From IMG/VR virus record IMGVR_UViG_3300045988_038226, positions 1 through 45,325 of that record: 45,325 bases of DNA. One strand, given 5' to 3'. Below the pieces are notes generated by a model that saw only the letters and a list, made by a program, of their open reading frames with translations, made no database searches and was not told the DNA's origin. Numbering within the stretch: position 1 is the first letter of the stretch; each line of letters begins with the position of its first letter. A program made the position numbers and the translations under genes. This DNA is from a virus. Below are positions 8,404-16,316 of the stretch, piece after piece.

Positions 8404-9957
8404 CTAATTGCGACGCTTTACGCCTCGGTTGGCGTGTGCGTATGGCTGTATATTACCGTCGGCAATTTCCTTTTCGTATATCCCGGTCAATCCGTCCTCC
8501 GGGTCGTCGTGCGTGTTCGCATCGAACTTGCGCAAAAATCCGGTTACATGGTCGTACACGGCTTTGTATCTCGTTTCCCAACCGAACGGCATAATAATAC
8601 ATTGGTTTACCATTGCCGACGCTGTTATTATCCGGCTTTCTTTGTTGCCGCCTTGATAAAACGGGTCTGTCATTGCCCGCACTTTCTTTTTAATAACCTT
8701 TTCGTAACCCGCACCGCCGTTGTTACTCTCAACCCATACTTTTTGCGTGCCGTTCCTGTTTACCATTGCCGGGACGGTTACGGTTGTTACGTCCGTGTTT
8801 TCGTCCGTCATTTCCATATCGGTAATAAGCGCATACAATATCGGCTCCATACGCTTTGTTTGTTCGTTGAAAAACAGATTGGGCGATTTGTACACGTCAT
8901 ACGTTGCGGCAAACAAAAGGTCGTCGCCCTCGTCGGCAACGTCTATGTATGCACCGGAACGAATATACGTGCCGTAATCGGATTTTTCAACCCACGTTTT
9001 GAAAGGTTGGTACAATCGACCCTCGGCACTTCCGGGGTTGCCCTGATATAAGCACTGAAATTGTACCGGGTCTAATGCCTTTTGCCCCTCCAATTTTAGT
9101 TTACTGTGTCGCCCCTCCCATAAAGCCGCCCCCGGTTCCCGTGGGTCTATCTCGGTCGGTTCCCCTGTTTTGATTGCCTCAAAGTTTATGCGAACCCATG
9201 CGCCGGGGGGTATGTTCTGTAAATCCGCCCAACACGTTATATCAATGATTATTTCCCCGCTTTTCTCAATGCGTCCAATCAAATCGTCGTCGTGCCAACG
9301 GGTAAATACAATCAATTCTTGCGAATTGTTATGCAAACGGGTACGTACAACGGTCGTGTACCATTTCCACGCCGCCGCCCGTACTATTGGGCTGTTACCC
9401 TCGGCGTAATCCTTATACACGTCGTCCAATATGGATACGTCCACGGTTTTAGACGTAAGCGAACCGCCACGACCAACGACACGCAACGACCCCTTACGCC
9501 CGACCATTTCGATAACATCACTATTGCGCAAATAGGTATTCGCCATTGTTACAACGTTCGACCCGTTAAGGTATGTACCGGGGAATAATTCACGATACCG
9601 GGGCGTGTCGATAATTCGTTGAACGTCCCGGTTGAAATCCCGTGCGATTGTCGCCGCATACGACCCAATTACAATTTTTAAGTCCGGGTTTAACCCCTCC
9701 ATAAATGCGGGTAATTTACGGCTTGACCCCTCCGATTTGCCATGTTGCGGGGGTTGTTGAACAATCATTTTACGTATTAACCCGTGTGCGAACATATCCA
9801 ACAACGTATAATATACGACGTGGAACGGCTCCAATACCATATCCGGTTGCATATACCGGGAAAAGTTGATTAACCGATTGCGGGCGGCTTCCTTGACTAT
9901 TTCGCCGGGGTTCTCGCTTATGGCTTTATACATTGCCAACATTTCGTCGTTTGTCAT
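8404..9957 (-). CDS. terL: Terminase large subunit
   Basis: 517 aa with Walker A-like QQPPQHGKSEG, Walker B-like VSILDDVY and a C-terminal nuclease-type acidic motif YIDVADEGDD. Confidence 0.9.
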   Translation of the reverse strand: MTNDEMLAMYKAISENPGEIVKEAARNRLINFSRYMQPDMVLEPFHVVYYTLLDMFAHGLIRKMIVQQPPQHGKSEGSSRKLPAFMEGLNPDLKIVIGSYAATIARDFNRDVQRIIDTPRYRELFPGTYLNGSNVVTMANTYLRNSDVIEMVGRKGSLRVVGRGGSLTSKTVDVSILDDVYKDYAEGNSPIVRAAAWKWYTTVVRTRLHNNSQELIVFTRWHDDDLIGRIEKSGEIIIDITCWADLQNIPPGAWVRINFEAIKTGEPTEIDPREPGAALWEGRHSKLKLEGQKALDPVQFQCLYQGNPGSAEGRLYQPFKTWVEKSDYGTYIRSGAYIDVADEGDDLLFAATYDVYKSPNLFFNEQTKRMEPILYALITDMEMTDENTDVTTVTVPAMVNRNGTQKVWVESNNGGAGYEKVIKKKVRAMTDPFYQGGNKESRIITASAMVNQCIIMPFGWETRYKAVYDHVTGFLRKFDANTHDDPEDGLTGIYEKEIADGNIQPYAHANRGVKRRN

Positions 9958-10181
9958 TGTTGCCCCTCCTTTGGTTTTGGTTCAAACTTTGCGCACGCTT
10001 GACGTCCTCGGATTATATGCCATTGTTCAAACGGACACGTAAGGCAAATATATTTCCCCTCCCAATCCTTATTTTGGTGCGTTTCGACCCAACGGGCGTG
10101 TTTACAGTCGTCGCAAATATGTTTCGTCCATTCCGGTTGCTTTTGTCCCGGACGGGTTGCGGGTGCGGTTCTCTTTGCCAT
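9954..10181 (-). CDS. Small Cys-rich (zinc-finger-like) protein between terS and terL
   Basis: 75 aa with CDDC...CLTC...C. ATGA-coupled to terL and TAATG-coupled to terS. Confidence 0.5.
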   Translation of the reverse strand: MAKRTAPATRPGQKQPEWTKHICDDCKHARWVETHQNKDWEGKYICLTCPFEQWHIIRGRQACAKFEPKPKEGQQ

Positions 10182-10864
10182 TATTGCGCCCCTCCTTTCT
10201 CTGCCATAACCTTTGCATATTCGGCGGATTGTAATTTGTCGGCGACGGCAAACAATAAATCCTTTGGAATAACGGTTGCATCGTATTTGGGTTTGTCGTC
10301 CTCGGTTCCGGCATTGTATCCGGGTATCTCTATTTTAACCGGGGCGTCGAACCCTAACATTTTTGCCCGTCGTTGCTGAATGTTCAACAATAAATCCAAA
10401 AAGCGGGGATTGCCCGCCGACGTTTCAACCGTTGTTTCATCATACCCGTAATATTCCGGGTCGGTATCGGTCGCATCTGTTTTGATTGGACGCCCTCGAT
10501 TGGTTTTCTCTTTGGTTCGTTGCTTTCCGGTTTTGGACGCCTCCCACGCCTCCCACGCTTGCACCTCCATTGCATCCAACTTGCGCAATTCCTGTGTAAC
10601 GTATTCGTCGATATTATCCAACCGTTCCCGCTTCCATTCGATAAGGCATTGTTGTAAATCGTAATAAACCATTGCCAACGAAATTGTATAACCTGTATTT
10701 CGTTTGGCTAAATCTGCGTTCAAAGCCGCCACAATTTCCCGGTACGTGTAACCACGTAAGAAAAGATTGGAACAAAACGCAATATCGTAATCCCGTTGTT
10801 CCTCGGTTCGCTTGTTATATCCGGCGGGTTTCCGGCTCTTATTACCCGTGTTCAATTTTTCCAT
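10181..10864 (-). CDS. terS: Terminase small subunit (putative, by synteny)
   Basis: 227 aa, the first gene after the non-coding hub and upstream of terL. Has an HTH-like segment GYTYREIVAALN. Confidence 0.5.
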   Translation of the reverse strand: MEKLNTGNKSRKPAGYNKRTEEQRDYDIAFCSNLFLRGYTYREIVAALNADLAKRNTGYTISLAMVYYDLQQCLIEWKRERLDNIDEYVTQELRKLDAMEVQAWEAWEASKTGKQRTKEKTNRGRPIKTDATDTDPEYYGYDETTVETSAGNPRFLDLLLNIQQRRAKMLGFDAPVKIEIPGYNAGTEDDKPKYDATVIPKDLLFAVADKLQSAEYAKVMAEKGGAQ

Positions 10865-11011
10865 TGTTCAACCTCTTTTAATGTTCAAACGGGGTAAAAA
10901 TTAACCCTTTGCGCTTTATGCCTTTTGCGTCCTTTGGTTCTTTTGTCCCCTTTGACGTTTTCGGCTTTCCGGCTCTCTGTGTTCTTTTGTCGCCCGCCCT
11001 CCTTAAAACGT

Positions 11012-11024
11012 GTTTACCCTTTAC
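11012..11024 (-). promoter_or_regulatory. Late-region motif copy GTAAAGGGTAAAC in the non-coding hub
   Basis: Minus strand reads CTTGTAAAGGGTAAACACG, an exact 13-mer match to 8324-8336. A weaker CAAAGGGTTAA copy lies at 10901-10911. Confidence 0.45.
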
Positions 11025-11114
11025 AAGTTATTTGCGGGGAATTTCCATTTTAAGAGGCTTTATTGTCTTATCCGATACTTTGTATATCTCGGCGGTTATC
11101 TCTTAACCACGGGG

Positions 11115-11146
11115 CAAATTTACGGCTTTTTCGACACATTGCCAAC
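11115..11146 (-). promoter_or_regulatory. Candidate late promoter (imperfect Bacteroidota type)
   Basis: -7 box TAAATTTG (11122-11115) matches TAnnTTTG. The -33 position, 20 nt upstream, reads GTTG instead of TTTG. Confidence 0.35.
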
Positions 11147-11174
11147 GGTTTGTCCTTTCATGTATATAAACGGC

Positions 11175-11204
11175 AAAACCCCGGTGTTTGTTCCGGGGCT
11201 TTTA
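11175..11204 (-). terminator. Rho-independent terminator closing the early arm (symmetrical)
   Basis: Minus strand reads AAAAGCCCCGGAACAAACACCGGGGTTTT: 6-bp GC stem, 8-nt loop, T4. Confidence 0.6.
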
Positions 11205-11210
11205 TGCCTA

Positions 11211-11456
11211 TCAATACCGACTTTCGTATTTCCCGTTTGAGCAACGAAAATGCGGTTGGGTTCCACGGGGGTTTGTGTATTCCGTCCCCCCTTTTATCTG
11301 CTTTATCGCCAAACATACCGGGGCGGGGTTTCCATTGACCGGGAATTGCGGGTTGAAATATCGGCACGTTTCGCACCGCTTTTCCGGTCGTCTATTATCC
11401 GGGGCGCATCCGGGCGATATATCCGGGATTGTATCCGGGCAATTACCTTTTCCCAT
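11211..11456 (-). CDS. Small Cys-rich hypothetical protein
   Basis: 81 aa from the internal ATG at 11456 (MGKGNCPD...CETCRYF...). Overlaps the upstream stop by 14 nt and ends just before the terminator. Confidence 0.35.
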   Translation of the reverse strand: MGKGNCPDTIPDISPGCAPDNRRPEKRCETCRYFNPQFPVNGNPAPVCLAIKQIKGGTEYTNPRGTQPHFRCSNGKYESRY

Positions 11457-11874
11457 TGTTTCCCCCGTTGCGTTTGTTCTTTCCCCGGCGTTTATCCCGT
11501 GGGTTGCGCCGTGGCATTTCGACCCTGTGTATTTCAACCGTTGTTCCGGGGAACATTTCGCCGAAAAATTCCGCCATTGCTTGCACCTCCTTTGGAACGT
11601 CGAACGCCTCCGGTTTCCTGTATTCCTTTTTGCCGGGTTCCGGGCGGGCGGCTTTCTTTGCCTCCAACGCTCGGCGCATTTGACACGCCGGGCAATCGCA
11701 ATTGTCGGTTTCCGGGTTGTTTCTGCGTTCCTGCGTCTGTTTGGCTTTGGCGTATGCGTTCAACGCATCAATCGCCACGGTTGCCAAAATGTCGTCCGCC
11801 GTTTCAAATTTGGCGTCGATACTGTGGCGGTTAATCAATTCCGCCAACTCTTTTGCAAAACTCTTTTCTTTCAT
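11443..11874 (-). CDS. Hypothetical protein with a basic C-terminal tail
   Basis: 143 aa from the ATG at 11874 in the recurring AAAAGAGCGATGAAA start context. Has CDCPAC and a tail RRNPRDKRRGKNKRNGG. Confidence 0.5.
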   Translation of the reverse strand: MKEKSFAKELAELINRHSIDAKFETADDILATVAIDALNAYAKAKQTQERRNNPETDNCDCPACQMRRALEAKKAARPEPGKKEYRKPEAFDVPKEVQAMAEFFGEMFPGTTVEIHRVEMPRRNPRDKRRGKNKRNGGNNGKR

Positions 11875-11881
11875 CGCTCTT

Positions 11882-12955
11882 TTAATTTTTGGGTTCATAA
11901 TGTCCGCACGCCTTTTCGTCGCAACGGGTGTTATCTTTTATCGTGTCGCAATATCCGACGCCATCGACGTCCTCGCAACTCATATTTTCGCATTTGCCGC
12001 AAACTTCGATATTTTCCGGGTCGAACTTACAAGGGGAAACGCCGTGCGGGTGTTTGCGTTTATACATTGGGTCGGTTTGGCGTCCCTTTACTTTGTCGTA
12101 TGCCATTTCCAACAATTCCCGTTGGGTTATTCCCAATATTGCGGCGGAATGAAAAACGACGGCGTTAAGGTCTGCCAATTCATCAATAACGGCGTTCATT
12201 TGTGCCGGGTCGTCGAACGTTGGCATTGCCGCCCTTACAACTTCTTTGTATTCGTTAAATTCTTCCTCAATTTTACGACAACGGGACGCAATATTGGTTC
12301 CGAACAACTCATTGAACAAATCGACAATTTCAGTAATCGACGGGCGGGCGGGTTTACCGTCGTAATTTCCAACGGTGCGTATTCCTTTGGGTTCAAATTC
12401 CCGGTTAAATTCACGTTCCGGGCGGGCGGTCAATCGTCCGTTCGGTTCCCGGACAATGTACCATTTTTCCGGGGCGTCAATGAATATGCCGTTGCCGTCC
12501 GGGAATGAATATACGGCGATACCGTCCGGGGTTCTCGGCGTTGTCATTGTTCCGCCGCCTGTAAATTTAACAAGGGTTTCCACATTGTCCCGGCGAACTT
12601 GGATTGCGTCAACCTCCAACAAAGAACGGCAATACTTTTGCCCGGCTGTAAAATCCGGGTCGGTTAAACGGGTGCGTATTTCCTCCGGGTACTCGGTCGG
12701 GTCGTACTCAACCGTAACAGATTGGCGACCGTCTTTATATTCCCACGCAATCGCACGGGTTCCCAATCGACCGTTAACGGCTTGTTTGATTGCCTCGGCT
12801 TTTTGCCCCTCCGGGTTGGTACGGTCGCACGGGCATTGCTCCCAACTCAAAACGAAATAATCCGATTGGGGTTTTACGTCAATCGGGTTGCCTGTTAAGT
12901 CCTCGACCATTGCGCACAAATCGCAATCGAACGGGGATAAAATTTGTTTGTTCAT
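11882..12955 (-). CDS. MazG-like NTP pyrophosphohydrolase domain fused to unknown N-terminal and Cys-rich C-terminal regions
   Basis: 357 aa. KIEEEFNEYKE...VIDELADLNAVVFH resembles the MazG EExxE...DExxD signature. The C-terminus reads CKF..CGKCENMSCED..C..C..C. Confidence 0.5.
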   Translation of the reverse strand: MNKQILSPFDCDLCAMVEDLTGNPIDVKPQSDYFVLSWEQCPCDRTNPEGQKAEAIKQAVNGRLGTRAIAWEYKDGRQSVTVEYDPTEYPEEIRTRLTDPDFTAGQKYCRSLLEVDAIQVRRDNVETLVKFTGGGTMTTPRTPDGIAVYSFPDGNGIFIDAPEKWYIVREPNGRLTARPEREFNREFEPKGIRTVGNYDGKPARPSITEIVDLFNELFGTNIASRCRKIEEEFNEYKEVVRAAMPTFDDPAQMNAVIDELADLNAVVFHSAAILGITQRELLEMAYDKVKGRQTDPMYKRKHPHGVSPCKFDPENIEVCGKCENMSCEDVDGVGYCDTIKDNTRCDEKACGHYEPKN

Positions 12956-12974
12956 CGCTCTAACTTTTTAATGG

Positions 12975-13232
12975 TTACTTAATTTCAAATATATGCCATA
13001 CATACGCACCTTGAAAAATAGTGTTTATGTATTTATATTCCCCAATGTATTTAATTGGATTGCCCGTGCCAATAATGGCAAACGTTCGTTCCTCGGTTGG
13101 GTTATCGGTTTCAACCATTGCCCAAATATAGGTATTTTCCCCCTGTAAATGTGCCGTTAAAATCTCGGCATCTTTCGGCATTTTTATTGTTTCCGACCAA
13201 TCGGATAGTTGATATTTATAAATTACTTTCAT
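12975..13232 (-). CDS. Hypothetical protein
   Basis: 85-aa ORF with an AGAGCGATGAAA start context. Confidence 0.5.
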   Translation of the reverse strand: MKVIYKYQLSDWSETIKMPKDAEILTAHLQGENTYIWAMVETDNPTEERTFAIIGTGNPIKYIGEYKYINTIFQGAYVWHIFEIK

Positions 13233-13530
13233 CGCTCTTTTTTCTAATCGTTTTTACTGCGTTACTCTTTGGATAAGCCAACTGCCAAAAAATCGTTTTC
13301 CGGTCGGTACGGCTGTATTTATCACATTTCAGATTTGCCCCGGTGCAAACATCTTTCCCAATCTTACAACGGACGCAACGTTGGCAAAATAACGTCCGGG
13401 GATTGTCTGCCAATCTTTGTGCGGCGGGCGTCCATAACTCGGCAACTAAAACCGTACCATTTACAACGGCACGTTCGCCGGGCTTGTATTCCCGTTCCGG
13501 GTTAAATTGTTCCGGTTGCTTTACTCTCAT
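13216..13530 (-). CDS. Hypothetical Cys-rich protein
   Basis: 104 aa from the internal ATG at 13530 (MRVKQPEQ...), ATGA-coupled to the upstream gene. Has CQRCVRC..C..C. Confidence 0.45.
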   Translation of the reverse strand: MRVKQPEQFNPEREYKPGERAVVNGTVLVAELWTPAAQRLADNPRTLFCQRCVRCKIGKDVCTGANLKCDKYSRTDRKTIFWQLAYPKSNAVKTIRKKSDESNL

Positions 13531-13718
13531 TCCGCCGCCTCGTTTACATAGTCGAATAATGCGGTTATATTCTCGGCGGTTCCGCCAATTGTTATGCGGG
13601 CTTTCCCATTCCCGGCAACCCCCAATTCCACAATCTCGCAATCAAAGCGGGGGGCGTTTATCTGTAACATTCCCGCCGTTACCGTGCTTATTGTTTCCGT
13701 TCTCGTTTCCTTTTCCAT
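13527..13718 (-). CDS. Hypothetical protein
   Basis: 63 aa from the ATG at 13718 (MEKETRTE...). First ORF after the moron terminator. Confidence 0.45.
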   Translation of the reverse strand: MEKETRTETISTVTAGMLQINAPRFDCEIVELGVAGNGKARITIGGTAENITALFDYVNEAAE

Positions 13719-13727
13719 ATTCAAAGA

Positions 13728-13752
13728 TTAAAACCGGGGGCGAACCCCCGGC
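13728..13752 (-). terminator. Rho-independent terminator after the lipoprotein gene
   Basis: Minus strand reads CGCCGGGGGTTCGCCCCCGGTTTTAAT: 7-bp GC stem, TTCG loop, T4. Confidence 0.7.
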
Positions 13753-13760
13753 GATTAAAA

Positions 13761-14084
13761 TTAAACTTCTGTTACGCTTACAATGTATTTGGAATTGTTG
13801 ACAATTTCCAAAAACCGTTCAACGTCCTTTTCGGGAACCTTTGCCGTAATCGTCGTTTTGAAATCAAAACTAATTTTGGCGTCGGTAAACATTCGGCTTA
13901 ATTGCTCCATGTAATCAATACCAATTTTGTACGTTTCCGGCGTGTCCTCTAATTCTACAATAAAGGTTCGCAATGTAACCTCAATTGGCGGGTCAACCGT
14001 TGGTTCGTTGTCGTCGTCCCTGTTACAAGACGTCCCGATTAACAACATTGCCACAATAGGCAACAAATACTTAAATACTTTCAT
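13761..14084 (-). CDS. Secreted lipoprotein (moron-like; candidate superinfection-exclusion or host-surface factor)
   Basis: 107 aa from the ATG at 14084. MKVFKYLLPIVAMLLIGTSC is a signal peptide with a lipobox Cys. The gene has its own promoter and terminator. Confidence 0.7.
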   Translation of the reverse strand: MKVFKYLLPIVAMLLIGTSCNRDDDNEPTVDPPIEVTLRTFIVELEDTPETYKIGIDYMEQLSRMFTDAKISFDFKTTITAKVPEKDVERFLEIVNNSKYIVSVTEV

Positions 14085-14103
14085 ATAAAAATGAATTTGG
14101 ATA

Positions 14104-14125
14104 CCGGGAAAACGCCCGGTCGTTT
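14104..14125 (-). promoter_or_regulatory. Family-1 stem-loop (AACGACCGGGCGTTTTCCCGGT) in the 5' leader of the lipoprotein gene
   Basis: CCGGG / CGTTTT loop / CCCGG, 26 nt downstream of the P4 -7 box. A second hairpin GGGGAAcaaTTCCCC lies at 14127-14141. Confidence 0.6.
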
Positions 14126-14150
14126 GGGGAATTGTTCCCCGTTGTGATTG

Positions 14151-14181
14151 CAAAGGTATAAACATTTCCTTAACTACCAAA
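14151..14181 (-). promoter_or_regulatory. Bacteroidota-type promoter P4
   Basis: -33 TTTG (14181-14178), 19-nt spacer, -7 TACCTTTG (14158-14151). The 30 nt at 14170-14199 are identical to 32092-32121. Confidence 0.7.
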
Positions 14182-14185
14182 AGAA

Positions 14186-14536
14186 TTATCTTTTATTTTT
14201 GCGTTTTATCCAAATAAACCGGATACCCACGCCAATAAACAACAATTTCAATTCAACGTCAACGTAACGGTCGTAACCGTTGACCGCATCGACGGAAACG
14301 CCGGGAACGACAAACCAACTATTGTATTTCAGATATTCACGGGCAAACAGATAAAAACCGAACCGCCATATATGGAACCCAATTTGTACCATGTGGCGAC
14401 GTTCTTTGTGTTCTACTTCGTTGCAATAATAACATTTACCCGTCTTTATATCTTTTACGGTTCCGTGGCTATCAATAACGGTTCCCCGTATTTTTTCGCC
14501 TGTTACAATTACTTTGTACTTTTTTGCATCTTTCAT
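14186..14536 (-). CDS. Hypothetical protein, possibly membrane-associated
   Basis: 116-aa ORF with a hydrophobic and aromatic C-terminal half (IGFHIWRFGFYLF...LLFIGVGIRFIWI). Confidence 0.45.
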   Translation of the reverse strand: MKDAKKYKVIVTGEKIRGTVIDSHGTVKDIKTGKCYYCNEVEHKERRHMVQIGFHIWRFGFYLFAREYLKYNSWFVVPGVSVDAVNGYDRYVDVELKLLFIGVGIRFIWIKRKNKR

Positions 14537-15036
14537 TTTTTTGCCTCCTTTGTCATTTCGTAACTCTCTTTATCCATAACCATTGCCACGGGGTACGGCA
14601 ATATGCAATCTTTGGTATAAACCAAATTGTAAATCCCCAATTGCCCCTTAACGGGAAATTCGATAACCCGGCGGGGGTTCCGCATCAACCACCCGTACCC
14701 CTTTGTTATCGCCTTGCGCTTTTCCGGGGGTATTCGGGTTTGCTCCCAATCATACGGGGTAAAATTGGCGACGGGCTTAATATCGTATAATTCGACCAAC
14801 CCCAACGTAACGCCGTTTTCATATCCGGGCAAATCCGGGTTTTTGGACGAACAAATTAAAAGGTCGCCCCGGTACGTTGTGTTTTTGCTTCGTACTTCAA
14901 TCGACTTTTCGGCGTAAATAATCCCGTTGTCCTCAAACGCCGCCGTTACCAACTGTGTTGCATACGGATTTTTTACGGTTAACGCCCGCCAACGGTCGTG
15001 TTGGGCGGGGTTATAATCTTTACTATTAAACTGCAT
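14533..15036 (-). CDS. ASCH (PUA-like fold) domain protein
   Basis: 167 aa from the ATG at 15036. ALTVKNPYATQLV...KSIEVRSKNTTYRGDLLICSS resembles the ASCH pattern LSIxQPWAxxI..K.IE.R...T.YRG.LLIH. Confidence 0.55.
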   Translation of the reverse strand: MQFNSKDYNPAQHDRWRALTVKNPYATQLVTAAFEDNGIIYAEKSIEVRSKNTTYRGDLLICSSKNPDLPGYENGVTLGLVELYDIKPVANFTPYDWEQTRIPPEKRKAITKGYGWLMRNPRRVIEFPVKGQLGIYNLVYTKDCILPYPVAMVMDKESYEMTKEAKK

Positions 15037-15877
15037 TTTCGTTCCTGTTTTCGTTAAACAAATCCCAATTTGCCGGGACGCAATGGACGGGCAACAATTC
15101 CCGTTCAATCCCGGACGCCTTTACAAAACTATCTTTCCAATATATCCGGGGCGTACTCTTTGGGTGCGCCTCCCAATATTCCGTTACGGTTTGATAGAAC
15201 GCCAACGTATCCCGCTTGGTATATCGGCAACCGCTTTGTAATCCGATTTTGAAAAGGTCAACAAAGGGATACGACAACGCAATTACAGAATACGCCCGGT
15301 CAAACATTCCCGGCGGGATTGGTTCCACACTCGCAAAGGTACGGAACCCGTGGCGTTTCGCCCGTGCCAATGCGTTTATCCGCATTTTGTTTGGGCTTGC
15401 GTTTGGCTCCAATTCGTCGCACCCGGTCAACGTGGAACCAATGGCAATGCGGGATACGTCCCAACCCTCGGACGCCTCGGCAAAGTCAACAAAAAGGTTT
15501 ATACCCTCGGCGCATTTGCTCAATATCTTAACCGGGACGCCGTGCCGTTGGCATACGCCGACCGCTTGACGGGTCAACCTTTGCGTTTCCGGCAACAACG
15601 GGTCGGTCGTAAATGAAAAGAACAACCCGGTTTTCTGCAATTCGTCCTTATGCTTTAATAACTCGTTTTTGAATATATCCAACGCATACGGGTACTCTCT
15701 CAACGTTTTTTTCAACTCCGGGCGATTGCCTCCCAACACTTTTGCGCCACGACCTTTGCGCAAATAACAGTACGTACAACCGTTTGAACAACCAACGTAA
15801 AAATTGGCGGCGTTCTCGGCATATTCTCCGGCTTTACCCTTTGGGCTATAAATAACCCGTCCGTTTATCGCTCCCAT
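15026..15877 (-). CDS. Radical SAM protein, SplB/DNA-repair-photolyase-like (COG1533-type)
   Basis: 283 aa. FYVGCSNGCTYCY gives the CX3CX2C cluster motif (C30, C34, C37; nt 15767-15790) in the GCxxGCxYCY context of SplB-like enzymes. Confidence 0.65.
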   Translation of the reverse strand: MGAINGRVIYSPKGKAGEYAENAANFYVGCSNGCTYCYLRKGRGAKVLGGNRPELKKTLREYPYALDIFKNELLKHKDELQKTGLFFSFTTDPLLPETQRLTRQAVGVCQRHGVPVKILSKCAEGINLFVDFAEASEGWDVSRIAIGSTLTGCDELEPNASPNKMRINALARAKRHGFRTFASVEPIPPGMFDRAYSVIALSYPFVDLFKIGLQSGCRYTKRDTLAFYQTVTEYWEAHPKSTPRIYWKDSFVKASGIERELLPVHCVPANWDLFNENRNENAV

Positions 15878-15888
15878 ATTGCCAACGG

Positions 15889-16305
15889 TTAAAATGGTAA
15901 ATCGTCGGTTCCGTCGGGGGCGGGTGCATCCGCAACGGGCGGCGGCGGGGCTTGCGTCCCGGCTCCGGTCGCTTTCGGGGTCAACATTTCCATATCGGTT
16001 GCGACAATCTCGGTAATATACCGTTTGACGCCTTGCGCATCGTCATAACTCCGGGTTCGCAATTCCCCCTCAATATACAGTTTATCGCCCTTTTTGACGT
16101 ACTGATTGGCGACCTTTGCCAAACCGTTTTGCAAAACGACGTTATGCCATTCGGTACGCTCCGGGATTTGTCGCCCGTCCTTTGTGGTAAAACCTCGTTT
16201 CGTGGTTGCCAACGAAAATGTCGCCACGCAACCGCCGTTGTCGAACTCCTTAAACTCCGGGGCTTTCCCGGTGTGTCCTAATAATGTTACTTTGTTTACA
16301 CTCAT
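15889..16305 (-). CDS. ssb: Single-stranded DNA-binding protein
   Basis: 138 aa with an OB-fold N-terminus (VNKVTLLGHTGKAPE...TEWHNVVL), a Pro/Ala-rich linker and the canonical acidic tip DDLPF. Confidence 0.9.
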   Translation of the reverse strand: MSVNKVTLLGHTGKAPEFKEFDNGGCVATFSLATTKRGFTTKDGRQIPERTEWHNVVLQNGLAKVANQYVKKGDKLYIEGELRTRSYDDAQGVKRYITEIVATDMEMLTPKATGAGTQAPPPPVADAPAPDGTDDLPF

Positions 16306-16316
16306 AATCGTTAATT

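Noticed and set aside
10865-11210. A tRNA, tmRNA or small protein gene in the large non-coding hub, and likewise in 32017-32329.
   Set aside because: I could not fold a cloverleaf or find T-loop/anticodon-arm consensus by eye. The plus-strand ORFs 10909-11106 and 11010-11240 are Phe/Leu/Cys-rich shadows. A tRNA-scan would be the definitive check.
11188-12168. Long plus-strand ORFs: 326 aa here, plus 22382-23365 (327 aa), 42146-42907 (253 aa), 26155-26964, 11702-12508, 8383-9051 and 5272-5798.
   Set aside because: All lie antisense to well-supported minus-strand genes. They translate to Cys/Phe/Arg/Ser-rich low-complexity strings with no motifs. They are shadow frames of biased coding sequence, so no plus-strand gene is called.
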